Positions 1 through 11,323 are shown, counted from the first letter of the whole stretch. The stretch: DNA of 63,660 bases, filler included, from Albugo candida (GCA_040437565.1; 34 parts of 34 records of this genome joined end to end with filler, not necessarily neighbours in it); one strand, 5' to 3'. Notes: a model not told the origin generated them from the letters alone. Program-made: numbers and translations.

Positions 1-736
1 AGATTTTACAGAGGAAACACCTAACTACAATAAACGCATACAATTCTACAAGCTTTCCTCGTTGGATTTTACCAGAGATGATGGTGTCGTAACCGGATCT
101 GAAGAACTATATCACAATCCTGGAGGCAAGAATACTGTGTTCAAAGGCCCTGTTAATATGGATGCTGCTCATAATGGTTTTCTCGTGAACTTTTACAATA
201 GATGCTATGCTGGCCGGTACCATTTTACCTCTAATTTCGCAGAGTCAAGCTCTACTGATTCAAACTTGTCCGTGAATAACAGTCTCCCCTGCGTCTTTGT
301 CAAAAATCAAATTCACAAATCCTCTTCCTTCGAGTCCGATACTCATTACAGTAGTGTCAGTGCTGCTTCGTCAAAAGGTGCATATATCCAAGCATTCTTT
401 GAAATTGGTGATAGTGATGAATACGCTGCTTATGTTGGTGAAATCCAATATTTTTTTGTTAGCTCTGTTGTAATTGATGGTGAAGATATTTTACATAAAT
501 TCTGTTTCGTTAGGTGGTTTCTTCAAGGCTTTAACACAAAAAACAAGTCCAACGAAGAAGGTATAGAATACAACTGGAAACGTGAATTTGAGCCAGCCTC
601 GTATCAATGCATATTGCCCGTCCATAGAATCTATTCTCAAGTCGCGGTAGCATGCCAATACAGTAATACAAGCAACCCCAATATCCACCCTGACTATATT
701 GTTGTTATTCCTTATGGAAGACGAGAAATCGTATAA
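1..736 (+). mobile_element. C-terminal part of a CACTA/EnSpm-type fungal transposase (5' partial)
   Basis: Motifs YVGEIQYFF, HKFCFVRWF and CILPVHRIYSQV resemble the C-terminal domain of Mucorales CACTA (tnp2-type) transposases. Confidence 0.6.
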
Positions 737-915
737 CTATCACCATCATTATTATTATCGTCATTATCGTTATCCTTATTATTGTTATTATCGTTATTAT
801 TATAGTTATCGTCATTATCATTGTTATCGTTATTTTTATTGTTATCGTTATTATTATTATCATCATCGTCATTATCGTTATCGTTATAGTTATTATTATC
901 GTTATTATTATTATG
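735..915. repeat. Degenerate (TAT/TTATCG)n low-complexity repeat
   Basis: Directly visible. It produces the spurious Tyr-rich and Ile-rich ORFs at 699-974. Confidence 0.9.
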
Positions 916-1156
916 TATCTAAATAAAAAAAAATTAGAATAATCGGAAATAAAAGTTTTGTATTTAATAATCACCCTCGTTCATTTTTTTTTATTGTTGT
1001 TACTAACATCGCAATTAGTTACAGGTACTGTCGTTATGAGTGAGGAGATTTGTTATTTTAAAAGGAAATGAGTTTTAGATTATTTGTTAATGTCGCGAAA
1101 AAAAAAAAGAAAGGAAAAGAAAGAGCGAAAAAAACTTTTTATTTTAGTAAGTATTT

Positions 1157-1842
1157 CTAATTATTACAAGCCCAAACCGGAATTTTAGAAATTTCATTCT
1201 CAGATAAGGTAATGAGAACAGGACTTCCTGTTGTTTTGAGGGCTCTTTCTCCTAAAGCATTTTTTCTAATGAGAATGTCTTGCTCATCAAGATCCTTAAA
1301 AAATTGAATAGCCTAAAGAAAAGGAAAGAATGAGTTACAGAAAAAAAAAGTGCCGTAGTCCTAATTTATATTATACCTTTTCTGTTCTATAAGTGGGAGG
1401 TCGAATAATGCGACGACCACCTTTAGTAGTGGGGTGATCAGGCTCATCTTCTTCATCACTCATGTATGCAACATCAAGAAGAAGAAGACCTTCGTTACCA
1501 TACTTTAAAGTCATATTGCTTCGGATTGAAATATAGGCTGCCCTTCTATTTTTCATTTTCTATTTTATTATGCAATTATAATTAATCGACTGTGATTATT
1601 AATTGGATTGATTGATTATTACCTGTTCTCTTCTTTTACGCAATTTTCCTATATTATTTCTAGCAGCAACAGCTTCATCTGGAAGGCCTTCATCTGCTTT
1701 TCTTCTGTTGAATTTTCTTCCAATTTTGTTATATAAGGCTGCGTCGCTTATATATCCCCTGTAGCCATCACCTTCGATAGGGGAAGGATGGTCCTTATTA
1801 ATGCATTCGGTGACGACGTACTGCTTTACTTTACGGATAAAA
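1157..1842 (-). CDS. Spliced transposon accessory ORF convergent with the CACTA transposase (5' partial)
   Basis: Exons 1842-1623, 1559-1377 and 1312-1157 join in frame through GT-AG introns (...RKRREQ|KMKNRR...YMSDEED...RPPTYRTEK|AIQFFKDLD...PVWACNN*). The MSDEE...R.P.[YW]R motif is typical of CACTA second ORFs. Confidence 0.65.
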
Positions 1843-1942
1843 NNNNNNNNNNNNNNNNNNNNNNNNNNNNNNNNNNNNNNNNNNNNTTAATTAATTAANN
1901 NNNNNNNNNNNNNNNNNNNNNNNNNNNNNNNNNNNNNNNNNN
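1843..1942. other. Artificial contig-joining linker N44-TTAATTAATTAA-N44 (first of 33)
   Basis: Identical 100-bp spacer with stops in all six frames. Starts at 1843, 3782, 5720, 7653, 9585, 11507, 13427, 15346, 17261, 19175, 21084, 22993, 24896, 26790, 28682, 30573, 32461, 34333, 36202, 38061, 39915, 41769, 43623, 45475, 47324, 49152, 50976, 52798, 54618, 56431, 58240, 60048 and 61855. Contig lengths fall steadily along the window. Confidence 0.99.
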
Positions 1943-3781
1943 TTTGGTAGATAGAAGCGATTGACCATCCAAGAAGAATTTGGTAGATAGAAGCGATTGA
2001 CCATCCAAGAAGAAAATAGCTTGTATAAAGACATGAATTGCACTTGAAAGCAACATAAATAAATAAAATTTATATTATTAGGTTTTTTTGGTTTTTTTTT
2101 TTTTCTTTTTTTCTTTTTTACCTTGTTGTTTTTGAATTCTTTGTGCTTCATGAGAAAATGAATACCAAAGTAGTATAGCAGCACAATATACAGAAGCAGA
2201 AAACTGTAAAATAAAAAAGGTAGTTAGGCAGTGACAAAAAGTGAAATATAAAACGTGCTGATACCTTTTGTTGTCTTTTGCTTGATAGAACCTATAAACA
2301 GAGCTTAAATTTCGGCTAAAAATAGTGTTTTCGTGGGTGAAAATTGGTGCATTTTTTGATGGTGGCTGTGATTATTTAAAAGAAATGAAGAGATCAGAGT
2401 GGAGTGAGGATCGTTATTATCAAGCAGACCAGTATCTATTTTTAACTTGAACCACCAAAAGAAAGGTGTGTGTTACAAACAAGTATAAAATAACTAAAAC
2501 AACGTTCAGCAAAGACGCTCTAAATAAAGACACAAATCGTGCAGGAATTGTATTTTTAGATGTTATTTCTTTACTTGATGTTTTGTTTATTTGTTTGTTA
2601 TGTAACACCCCTGTTGAAACGCGTGAAGCCTTGAATTTCGGTACAGATCTATGTCAACATGCATAAGAAAGATTCATAGGAATTAGCCCATTCAAAAGAA
2701 GAGTCGCCAGCTTGACCAGAGTAAACATAAAGAAACAATATAAAAATAGTTAGTAAAGCTGTTCAATTATTTACTTTGCTTAGGTTCATCATCAAAGAAG
2801 CTCCAAATAAAAATACAAAAGTGTGCAGGCAGTTGTATCTTTATCTGTTATTTCTTTACTTGATGTTTGTTGTAACATACCCCTGTGGAAATGCGTGAAG
2901 TTTTGAATTTCGGTACAGATCTACGCCAACATGTATAAGAAGGATTCCCAGGAATTAGCCCATTCAAAAGAAGAGTCGCCAGCTTGACCAGTGTAAACAT
3001 AAAGAAACAATATAAAAGTAGTTAGTAAAGCTGTTCAATTATTTACTTTGTTACCTTTTTGCGATGACTAGGTTGATGATGACTAGTGAGAGAAAAAGTT
3101 TTTTTGTGAGTAAAAAAAAAATTTCAGTAGCGGTATTTACTTTAAAACTCATACCAGCAGCTTGCGTCAGCTATTTTATTGCCGCAGAAAGTTACGTTGC
3201 ACAAGAGTAGTTTGGTAGATAGAAGCGATTGACCATCCAAGAAGAATTTGGTAGATAGAAGCGATTGACCATCCAAGAAGAAAATAGCTTGTATAAAGAC
3301 ATGAATTGCACTTGAAAGCAACATAAATAAATAAAATTTATATTATTAGTCTTTTTTCCTTTTTTTTTTTTTTCTTTTTTTCTTTTTTTCTTTTTTACCT
3401 TGTTGTTTTTGAATTCTTTGTGCTTCATGAGAAAATGAATACCAATGTAGTGTAGCAGCACAATGTACAGAAGCAGAAGACTGTAAAATTAAAAAGGTAG
3501 TTAGACAGTGACGAAAAGTGAAATATAAAACGTGTTGATACCTTTTGTTGTCTTTTGCTTGATAGAACCCCATAAACAGAGTTTAAATTTCGGCTAAAAA
3601 TACTGTTTTCGTGGTGAAAATTGGTGCATTTTTTGATGGCTGGCTGTGATTATTTAAAAGAAATGAAGAGATCAGAGTGGAGTGAGGATCGTTATTATCA
3701 AGCAGACCAGTAGCTATTTTTAACTTGAAACACCAAAAGAAAGGTGTGTGTTACAAACAAGTATAAAATAACTAAAACAAC
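1943..3781. repeat. About 1.27-kb tandem repeat unit with nested 36-bp and about 285-bp duplications
   Basis: 1943-2503 recurs at 3211-3781. TTTGGTAGATAGAAGCGATTGACCATCCAAGAAGAA occurs twice in tandem at 1943 and again at 3211. 2561-2778 recurs at 2846-3050. Confidence 0.92.
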
Positions 3782-4615
3782 NNNNNNNNNNNNNNNNNNN
3801 NNNNNNNNNNNNNNNNNNNNNNNNNTTAATTAATTAANNNNNNNNNNNNNNNNNNNNNNNNNNNNNNNNNNNNNNNNNNNNAAGTGCACCTAAGAAGCAT
3901 TTGCTATTGATACAATAAGCTGTGAAAATAACGTTGGCGAATGGGAAGAAAATGAAGCCGATATTGATGGTTGGAAGATAAACGATGAAGCCGAACCAAA
4001 AGAGCTAGACGAAGAAAAAGAGTTTTTTACTTTATTTAGATAATGATGCTGCTTTTATTCCAGAAGAAAGTTATGTTGATAAATGTAAAATGTAAAGAAT
4101 TCATATTTCACCATCATGCTCTATAATATATAGCAAAAAGATCTGCGCCTCCTCTACACACGTAAAGTATTTTATGGTTCCCTCATAATCGCTTAGTTAA
4201 ATACTCAAAGTGCCTAACTTGTGAAGCAAAAAGACCTGTGAAAGGATTAAATACAAAGCAAAGAGCTAAAAGGATTATCGATTTGAATGAGTGCTATATT
4301 AAGAGAAGTTACCTCTGACCTTCTCCATTCCTTGTTATGATTTTTTTTTTCTTGGGAAATATAAACAACTTGCTTAAATACATGTTGTTGCCAGTTGTGT
4401 AGTTATCATTACCATTCTTCCTTCTATCATTCAAAAGCTTTGTTTTTTATTGTCACTCCCACACCCCATAGTAGTTTGGGTAAAAGTCATTAAGACTATT
4501 GGTTATTTTTTATTTCCAAATATTATAAAGGGTAATGAAATTATTACTACTAAAACTAACAAACATTTGTTTATTTTCAACAGTTTAAATAAAGCCAATG
4601 ATAGCTCCACGCCAT

Positions 4616-5572
4616 CTAAACATATTGGGGTACCTCTGAAATGTAGAAGCCTCCTATCGCCAAGAGCTCTACAAAACCACAATAGATCGAAAGTTCATAG
4701 TATGTATTTGATCCCATATATGATAATGATTTTATTTTTGCTACTGGATGTTGATATACTTCAATGCTTCCAAGGCCGTACGCACAGTTATCGATGCTGA
4801 GGTGGTTGTGAATAAATATGTCCCCAGATGTAATGCATATTTCAACATCGTCGAACTTCACAACAGAATCAATAAAAAATGTCGCAATTGTTTTTGCTTT
4901 TTCTTCCAAGTCTTCTTTCTTCAATGTCATAAATGCAAATTCCTCCAAAATCAACATGTCTATACCTAAGAGTTTATAAGGTGCATTTTTGTAGTTCATT
5001 ATAATTTTGACACCAGAGGAAACAGCAAAAGAACTAGAAGCATTAGAGGCAATAGGGGCAGTTATGTCACATTTGGCTAATTTGCTTGCTTCCACCAAGA
5101 AAAAGTTAAGTCTTTCGACAGGATCTGTAGGTGCCTCTACCAACATAGTATCCTCTCTTTTTCTTTTTTGAGGTATCTGTGGTAATGCGCTGTTTCTGCT
5201 GGCGTATTCTGTGAATTTTTTATTGTAAAGCTGATTGTATTTCTCAACAATTCCTACAAAATCAATCAATTGAGGACCAGTATAATCTAAATCCACGTTC
5301 TTTTTCGCGAGAAGCTTGCAGAACTTGGTAATCTCTTCGAGGTGAAAGCAAAGGTCTGTGCTAATTACAATACAATTTAAGAAAGCGTTCCTATTGATGA
5401 TTGACAGGTAAGAAGCGGTATTATTAATGTTGAACATGCTAGAAAATGTTATTGTTGTTGCAGTATTCAAAGGAAGGTTGAAATTTGAACAAATCATATT
5501 ATCATCCGTTTTCAAGTGATAAACTAAATTGCTTTTTGTACTGAAAGCAATTTTTAGCGTTTTGCTATTCAA
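4616..5572 (-). CDS. Hypothetical fungal protein, possibly frameshifted near the 3' end; weak PD-(D/E)XK-like motif
   Basis: 318-codon ORF in AT-rich DNA with SGDIFI...LGSIEV. A protein-like continuation (LDGVELSLALFKLL) follows the stop in another frame. Confidence 0.5.
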   Translation of the reverse strand: MNSKTLKIAFSTKSNLVYHLKTDDNMICSNFNLPLNTATTITFSSMFNINNTASYLSIINRNAFLNCIVISTDLCFHLEEITKFCKLLAKKNVDLDYTGPQLIDFVGIVEKYNQLYNKKFTEYASRNSALPQIPQKRKREDTMLVEAPTDPVERLNFFLVEASKLAKCDITAPIASNASSSFAVSSGVKIIMNYKNAPYKLLGIDMLILEEFAFMTLKKEDLEEKAKTIATFFIDSVVKFDDVEICITSGDIFIHNHLSIDNCAYGLGSIEVYQHPVAKIKSLSYMGSNTYYELSIYCGFVELLAIGGFYISEVPQYV

Positions 5573-5819
5573 TGACGCGAATTTAAGCTTAGAATTCCAG
5601 TTTTGACAGTGGTATCAATTCAGAGTGAAAATCTATATTGAGTTGAAGAAAAATCCTGATCATTTCTGTTGCTGAACACGATTTCACATGTTTTCCTGTT
5701 TAATTAGGCAAACCCCCCCNNNNNNNNNNNNNNNNNNNNNNNNNNNNNNNNNNNNNNNNNNNNTTAATTAATTAANNNNNNNNNNNNNNNNNNNNNNNNN
5801 NNNNNNNNNNNNNNNNNNN

Positions 5820-6000
5820 CCAGCGAGGTGAAAGGTTCTCGTGTGTAAAAGCGCCTGGTCACATACTTTTTTCGCTCCCAACAGGGATAATTTTATTATT
5901 ATTCTTAGAGAAAGGTATGATAGATATAAGAGTGTTGGAGATGGAGAGGAGCTTTAAAAGCTTGGTGCGAAGGCTTTTATAGGATGTGATCCTTCAATGC
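5820..6000 (-). mobile_element. Possible LTR-like segment
   Basis: On the minus strand, TATAAAA near 5980 is followed by a CT-rich tract and AATAAA near 5895, the U3-R-U5 order. No termini were found. Confidence 0.25.
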
Positions 6001-7129
6001 ACCCTTTCTTTAAAGCTATAAGTGTACGTTGGTTGGCTTGTAGTGGAGAGGAAAGGATGGATGGACAAGGTTGTGTTTGTACTTGTGCAAGCATAACATT
6101 TTACCCTTTTGGGATCAGATGTACTTTTACCTTCTCGTGGTTGATCCTGTTAGTACCCTTTATGGGGAACTAAAAGAAGTACTTTTATTATTATTATAGT
6201 CTCTCTTAAATAAAAATATCTTTTACATAAACTAAATAACTTTTGACTACTATTAAGCCTTCCTTAAAATGTTGTTGCAATAAATAATGTTCTCCTTATT
6301 AGCTCTAATAATTACTTGAATAACAGAATATTTAACATTAACTAAAACGTGTTATGAAATGACTAACTTTTTAAACAAAGGCCGATGAGAGTATTCTAAT
6401 GCGCACATAAATAAACCTGGTCACCTTTATATAAAACTGAAGGTCTATGTATTCTCCTTCTATCACTTGCAAAAAAAAAGGGAACGACAAGTGCAACTTG
6501 TGCATCAAATAACCCACATTTAAAAACATATGAAACTATTCCAACAATCAGATCTAATGTGAAGGCAGAAGAACATGAATCTCCTGAATCTAATTGACAT
6601 TGTGTAATAAAACAAAAAAAGCGTGCTATGTCTAACTAGGTAGTTTTATTGCCATTTTTTTTTAAAAAAATCTTAAAGATGATTTTAGGCATAAAATTGC
6701 TTTTTTTCGAAAAATGAAAAAATAGCCAAAATTTGTGAATGACACCCTTTGGGTTTGAACTCCATTTTTTTTTGATGTCTCTCTCAAGATTGAGCCATTT
6801 TTTACATAGACGTTTATAAGCGAAATATATGTAGTTTTTTATGCTCTATTTAATGAATGTATTTTTGTCGAAAGCTGACTATAAAAAGTGTCCCCTACAG
6901 CAGTAAAAACTGTATTCTAAATTTGTGCGGAAAAGTCCACATTTTAATTATAAACCAAAATTATGGTTTACATAGGTAGATAGAGAAAAAAATTCTGGAT
7001 AGAACCATCTTAGAAATATTCCATCAAAGTCTTTTATTTTGGGTAACTTACTTTGAGGTAAATGTTAAAGATCATGAAAAATGCTTCCCAAATCAAAAAA
7101 AAAAAAAAGCGCATTGTGTTGCTGCGGAA

Positions 7130-7320
7130 GGCTAAATAATTTGATTGGCTAAAAATTGCCTCAATCAACTCTGGGAACTATTTTTATTGGCTCGTTGAAA
7201 CGCGCTAAAGTTTTAGTACATATTCTCCCACTTTTTTTCTTCAACCCTTCTTTCCTTTTTTTTTTTCTTCTTTATAACTTTCTTAACATTGGAAATTTTG
7301 CAATCGTTTAATGATTCAAG
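7130..7320 (+). promoter_or_regulatory. Putative promoter and first exon
   Basis: ATTGG (CCAAT) boxes near 7144 and 7186, GAAACGCG at 7197, a pyrimidine tract at 7230-7285, then ATGATTCAAG|GTGAGT. Confidence 0.45.
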
Positions 7321-7639
7321 GTGAGTTATTATAGCTTACTCAGTGAAACGGTCGGCAGAGGTGTGCGGAGTTAGTAGGTGAACGGACACGCAAAGTCTTC
7401 GTGCTTTGCCCAAGCCTTGTAGCTGAACCTCCAAGTCATACCAAAATGTGCTGAGTCAGTAGGTGAACGGACACGCAAAGTCTTCGTGCTTTGCCCAAGC
7501 CTTGTAGCTGAACCTCCACCACGTTTTTTTTAAGCTTTGAACCGACACGTATAGTCTTCGTGCTATGCCCAACTCCAGTAGAAGCTTGATGCTGTTGACA
7601 CTAGAAATAGACGGTTTACTGATCTTTTTTTAATTCTAG
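7321..7639 (+). other. 319-nt spliceosomal intron carrying a triplicated hairpin motif
   Basis: AAG|GTGAGT donor, TACTGAT branch site at 7617, then a U-tract and CTAG acceptor. A 61-bp perfect repeat lies at 7373-7433 and 7458-7518, with a diverged copy at 7538-7572. Confidence 0.6.
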
Positions 7640-7752
7640 GTATATTATTTTTNNNNNNNNNNNNNNNNNNNNNNNNNNNNNNNNNNNNNNNNNNNNTTAA
7701 TTAATTAANNNNNNNNNNNNNNNNNNNNNNNNNNNNNNNNNNNNNNNNNNNN

Positions 7753-9079
7753 AAACGCTTTGCAAAGCGTTTTCTGGTTATATCATCACCGAGCGCGAGA
7801 AGAACCCTGTCGCTAGAACTTAAAGCGCCAACGAATGACTCACGTGATATTATACCAGTCTTGTATATATCCAATTCATCAAAGACGGCCCGAACAGCTT
7901 TTTGTAAGCCATGTCGGATCTGCTGGGTTTTACTCCCAGGTCGTTGCCTCTTTTCAATGTTATTATCATCACAAGGGGGTCTCGGCGAAGGTGAGATTAA
8001 GGTTTGCCGATTGAGAATCCTCCGTTTCATTTCGGTGGCTGCTTCATTATTCCGATACCAAGCATGACGATGACTCAGTAAGAGCGAAGCAACTTTAATT
8101 CGATCTTGAAGCGAATGAACTCGTATTTCGTATGATTGTAATTTCGAGGTAGCATCGTGTATGCGATCAATTGAGGTAATCACTGGTCCAAGCCGCTACA
8201 AAGGATTGCGTTTGCAAAAGCAAATTAAGATGATGAGTAAGCACTTACCGAGCAAAAATTCGCGACAGAGTGTGCGATAATTTCAGCTTTGGCTTTTTCA
8301 GAGGCCAATGCTCGAACTGTTCGAGTAAGCTTATGCTTTGTTCTTTCTTCCTCTTTTTGAAAGTCGCGAAGCTGCAATTTATCCAATTCGTTTTTTGCAG
8401 AATGATCCAGCAGTTTTTGCTTCCACGTCTTTATCTGCTCTTGTAGTGAGATACGTTCGTTCTGGAGTAAATTGATGAAGTCAGAGTATTTATATCATTC
8501 TCACAATCATGTTTCCTTTTGATTTCTTGCCTGCAGCGTGTAGAGCTCTTTGTTGCGTTGATCTTCCGCAACATCCACTTGTAGCTCGCATTGTTTCGCC
8601 TGCACTAGCAATTCGAAAACCTTACGTCGCCATGCAGCCAGTAGTTGCGCATAATGAGATTTCTCGAGCTGGATATCATCATGTCTTCGATCTTCTGATG
8701 TTGCTGTAGTACCGGCCAACTCATTGGAAACATGCTGTTCTTGGATTGAGAGCATCGACTCGAGTGCGGCAATTCGACATTGTAAAAGCTGTGTAGACGT
8801 GTCTGGCTGGTTGAATGAGAGCAATTCTGGTTCCTTGTAATAATCAGAACTTCGAGATTCATTCCGAATCTCGTTATTGCGTGTTCTTTGTAAGTCACTT
8901 TTCCATGGATCGTCTGGAGGTAGCGATGATACCAAATTATCAGATCCAAGATAGCTTGAACGAGTAAGCAATCCACGTTCGGTATCTTCGAATGCAGCCG
9001 TTTTGAATCTTATCCCTTGCCGACGGAAATCTGACTCTGTTGTGCCCGTCCAGCGCATTTTTTTGCATCGCATGAACAA
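7753..9079 (-). CDS. CCHCR1/HCR-like coiled-coil protein with an EF-hand (3' partial)
   Basis: LLAAWRRKVFELLVQAKQCE resembles CCHCR1 LLNRWREKVFALMVQLKAQE. Exons ~9079-8531, 8461-8249 and 8195-7753 splice in frame. EF-hand-like VFDELDIYKTGIISRESF follows. The start codon is uncertain. Confidence 0.65.
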
Positions 9080-9353
9080 AGCTTCTCTTCATCCCGCTAT
9101 CTCGATGCTGCATCGGTTTAGCATCCAGGGATGACATAGTCAAAACCTTTCCTTGCTTTCTTGGTCCAGCAAATACACTTCCCGTTCGCGCGGGTGGTGG
9201 TGGTACAGGCGAGCCAACGCTCCGCTCGTTTTCGATCTTGTCCAATCTATTTCCGAGTGTCTCCAGAAGCAGCATCATTCGGACCATTTTCGACTCATCT
9301 GATCCGTCGGATTCTTCCATTGTCTTCGCTGGTGGAATCTTGATTGGAAACAT
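8940..9353 (-). CDS. Short ORF resembling the N-terminus of an oomycete retrotransposon gag, out of frame with the downstream gene
   Basis: LETLGNRLDKIENE...SVFAG...LTMSSLD. Similarity is recalled from memory only. Confidence 0.25.
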   Translation of the reverse strand: MFPIKIPPAKTMEESDGSDESKMVRMMLLLETLGNRLDKIENERSVGSPVPPPPARTGSVFAGPRKQGKVLTMSSLDAKPMQHRDSGMKRSFVHAMQKNALDGHNRVRFPSARDKIQNGCIRRYRTWIAYSFKLSWI

Positions 9354-9684
9354 AACCTGGTGGCAGGTGAGCGAAGACGGGTGCGTTGGAAAAATTGCCG
9401 AAACTGAAGTTTTATTCTTAGAAAATTAAAATCCTAACCAATCGTTTAGACTAAGTACCAAGTGCGACTAGAAATCTAAAGCACATTCTTAAGTCCTTTC
9501 AGCACATAGCCCAATTGTCAGTCGATGAAAGCGTGTCATTATCTTTTCCATTGACTGTACAATTTGTTTTAATTCACTTAGAAANNNNNNNNNNNNNNNN
9601 NNNNNNNNNNNNNNNNNNNNNNNNNNNNTTAATTAATTAANNNNNNNNNNNNNNNNNNNNNNNNNNNNNNNNNNNNNNNNNNNN

Positions 9685-9859
9685 GAATCGCTTGTCTCTG
9701 ATGATACTGTTCGACTTGTCTTCCATCATTCACATCACCGTTGTTCAAAGGTTGTTTGCTAGATTGTACTCGTTGCACATAATGCCCCTCACAAACATTT
9801 CCTGTAAGGAGTATCAAAGCTGCCGCTGTGATCGAATGTGTTGCGGTCTGGAACTTCAT
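9685..9859 (-). CDS. Secreted protein N-terminus (3' partial)
   Basis: MKFQTATHSITAAALILLTGNVCEG has signal-peptide character. The ORF runs off the contig end. Confidence 0.55.
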
Positions 9860-11323
9860 GTTGTAGTTTTCAGTCGAGTGTTCTTTGTAACGTGCTTCAA
9901 GTTATCAAGATCCTAATAGGTTGATCACAAAATGAAGATATGCTGTAGTCGCATTTCTCAAGTTTGCCATGCATGAAAGGTATAGTCTGCGTGAGATTCT
10001 ATCCCGCTAAAGCACCCAAAATAGACTCTACCGCCTAAACCGAGGAATGGAGTGATACATCTGATTGAAGGTATTAGATTTCTACTTTCTGTGACTTTCC
10101 GCTCTTCTAGATCTTGTCAGTAGGAGCAGAAAGAGAACAAGCTACAGAGGATGCTTGAAAGGAATATGTACCCTACCAGAATCTAGGTAGCATACACAAT
10201 AGACAAAAAGTGGTGAAAATGATATGTAGAAGCAACAAGACCTTCGTAGCTATCATTTCGTGATTAGTCGTAACTTTGGTCTGGCTTGCATACGGCAGCG
10301 CTCTCTCAGTGACCACGGTATTGGGACGCAAATTTGATTCTGCGGAAGTATTCGTGGAACCAACTGTAGCTGTTATGCAAATGTATGCGATATCCATCGA
10401 GCTTTCAGGGATGAGCCGTCTCTTTTGACGATAGGATATTTCGATCATACTTTCGATCTGACTCACATTTATTGTATTCCCGTTTTTCTTATAGTCGAGC
10501 TGGATTGTGGTATTCAATGCACATACGGCTCTTATATCTAGATGAGTCAAACATATTGTGAATGCATACAGGTCCTTAATCTAATCGATATTCCTCGCTC
10601 AATAGGTCGCAATTACAGCTATAATGCTACTAAGTTTATCCCGCGATATCCTTTATTTCCCGGAGAAAAGGTTTTCTTTTGTACACTGTATCCTTGGCTA
10701 CAGATTCGTCACGTGATCGTCATTCAAATTTTGCGTTATCCAATGCTTCACATTTATCGTTTTTAAACCCGACAAATCTTTGATTTGAGTTTCATTAATG
10801 ATGTATATTTCAATGGAAATTATGTCTTCGAAAAATCACATGGTCTGTAAAGCCATGACCCGTCCATCAGATTGTCAGACACATGTGTGATCGTATCATC
10901 TGATTTTATATCTTAAACATGTCACTCACGGTTAATGTCGCGTGATACTATTTTACTCAGTGAATACACGCGACTACATGACTCATTATTCGCTTTCGGG
11001 CCAAAACCTACGATATCTGAAAAGCTAAAACTAAAATATCAAAGTCACGTAGTGGAAAACACTTCAGTGTGATTTTCGGACGCGAATATTCCAAGATATT
11101 AGCAAGTGTACGGCGTGCAGAAGCACAAAATGTTTTCTCGATATGTACATATATTTGACGTACAGCTACCAAAAACCAGACACATACACGGTAGACGTGA
11201 TGGACCATTTCCATTGTCTCGACATGAACTTCTAAACGTAAATCTATCAAGCTATCACAAACAAAGAGTGCGAAAAGAAGCGCTGGGCTCAGCACAAATT
11301 CCGTCACGACATCAACCTCCACC

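Noticed and set aside
699-974. Tyr-rich and Ile-rich ORFs (likewise poly-Val at 27177 and 47123, poly-Leu at 27109)
   Set aside because: These are translations of microsatellites.
1887-1898. Regularly spaced TTAATTAATTAA palindromes as a biological repeat
   Set aside because: They are always centred in N-runs and are an artificial six-frame-stop linker. ORFs ending in X-runs are artefacts.
1943-2014. 36-bp direct repeats as a CRISPR array (also 3211-3282 and 40799-40880)
   Set aside because: The copies are directly adjacent with no spacers, there are no cas genes, and the context is eukaryotic.
5820-5872. Possible Pol III RNA 3' end before a T-run
   Set aside because: I could not match it to tRNA, 5S, U6 or SRP, and it is truncated by the contig edge.
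7373-7572. Spaced hairpin repeats as CRISPR, HDV or hammerhead ribozyme, or snoRNA
   Set aside because: The 61-bp repeat is too long for CRISPR. There is no CUGAUGA/GAAA core, no HDV P1.1 pairing, and no convincing C/D or H/ACA box arrangement.
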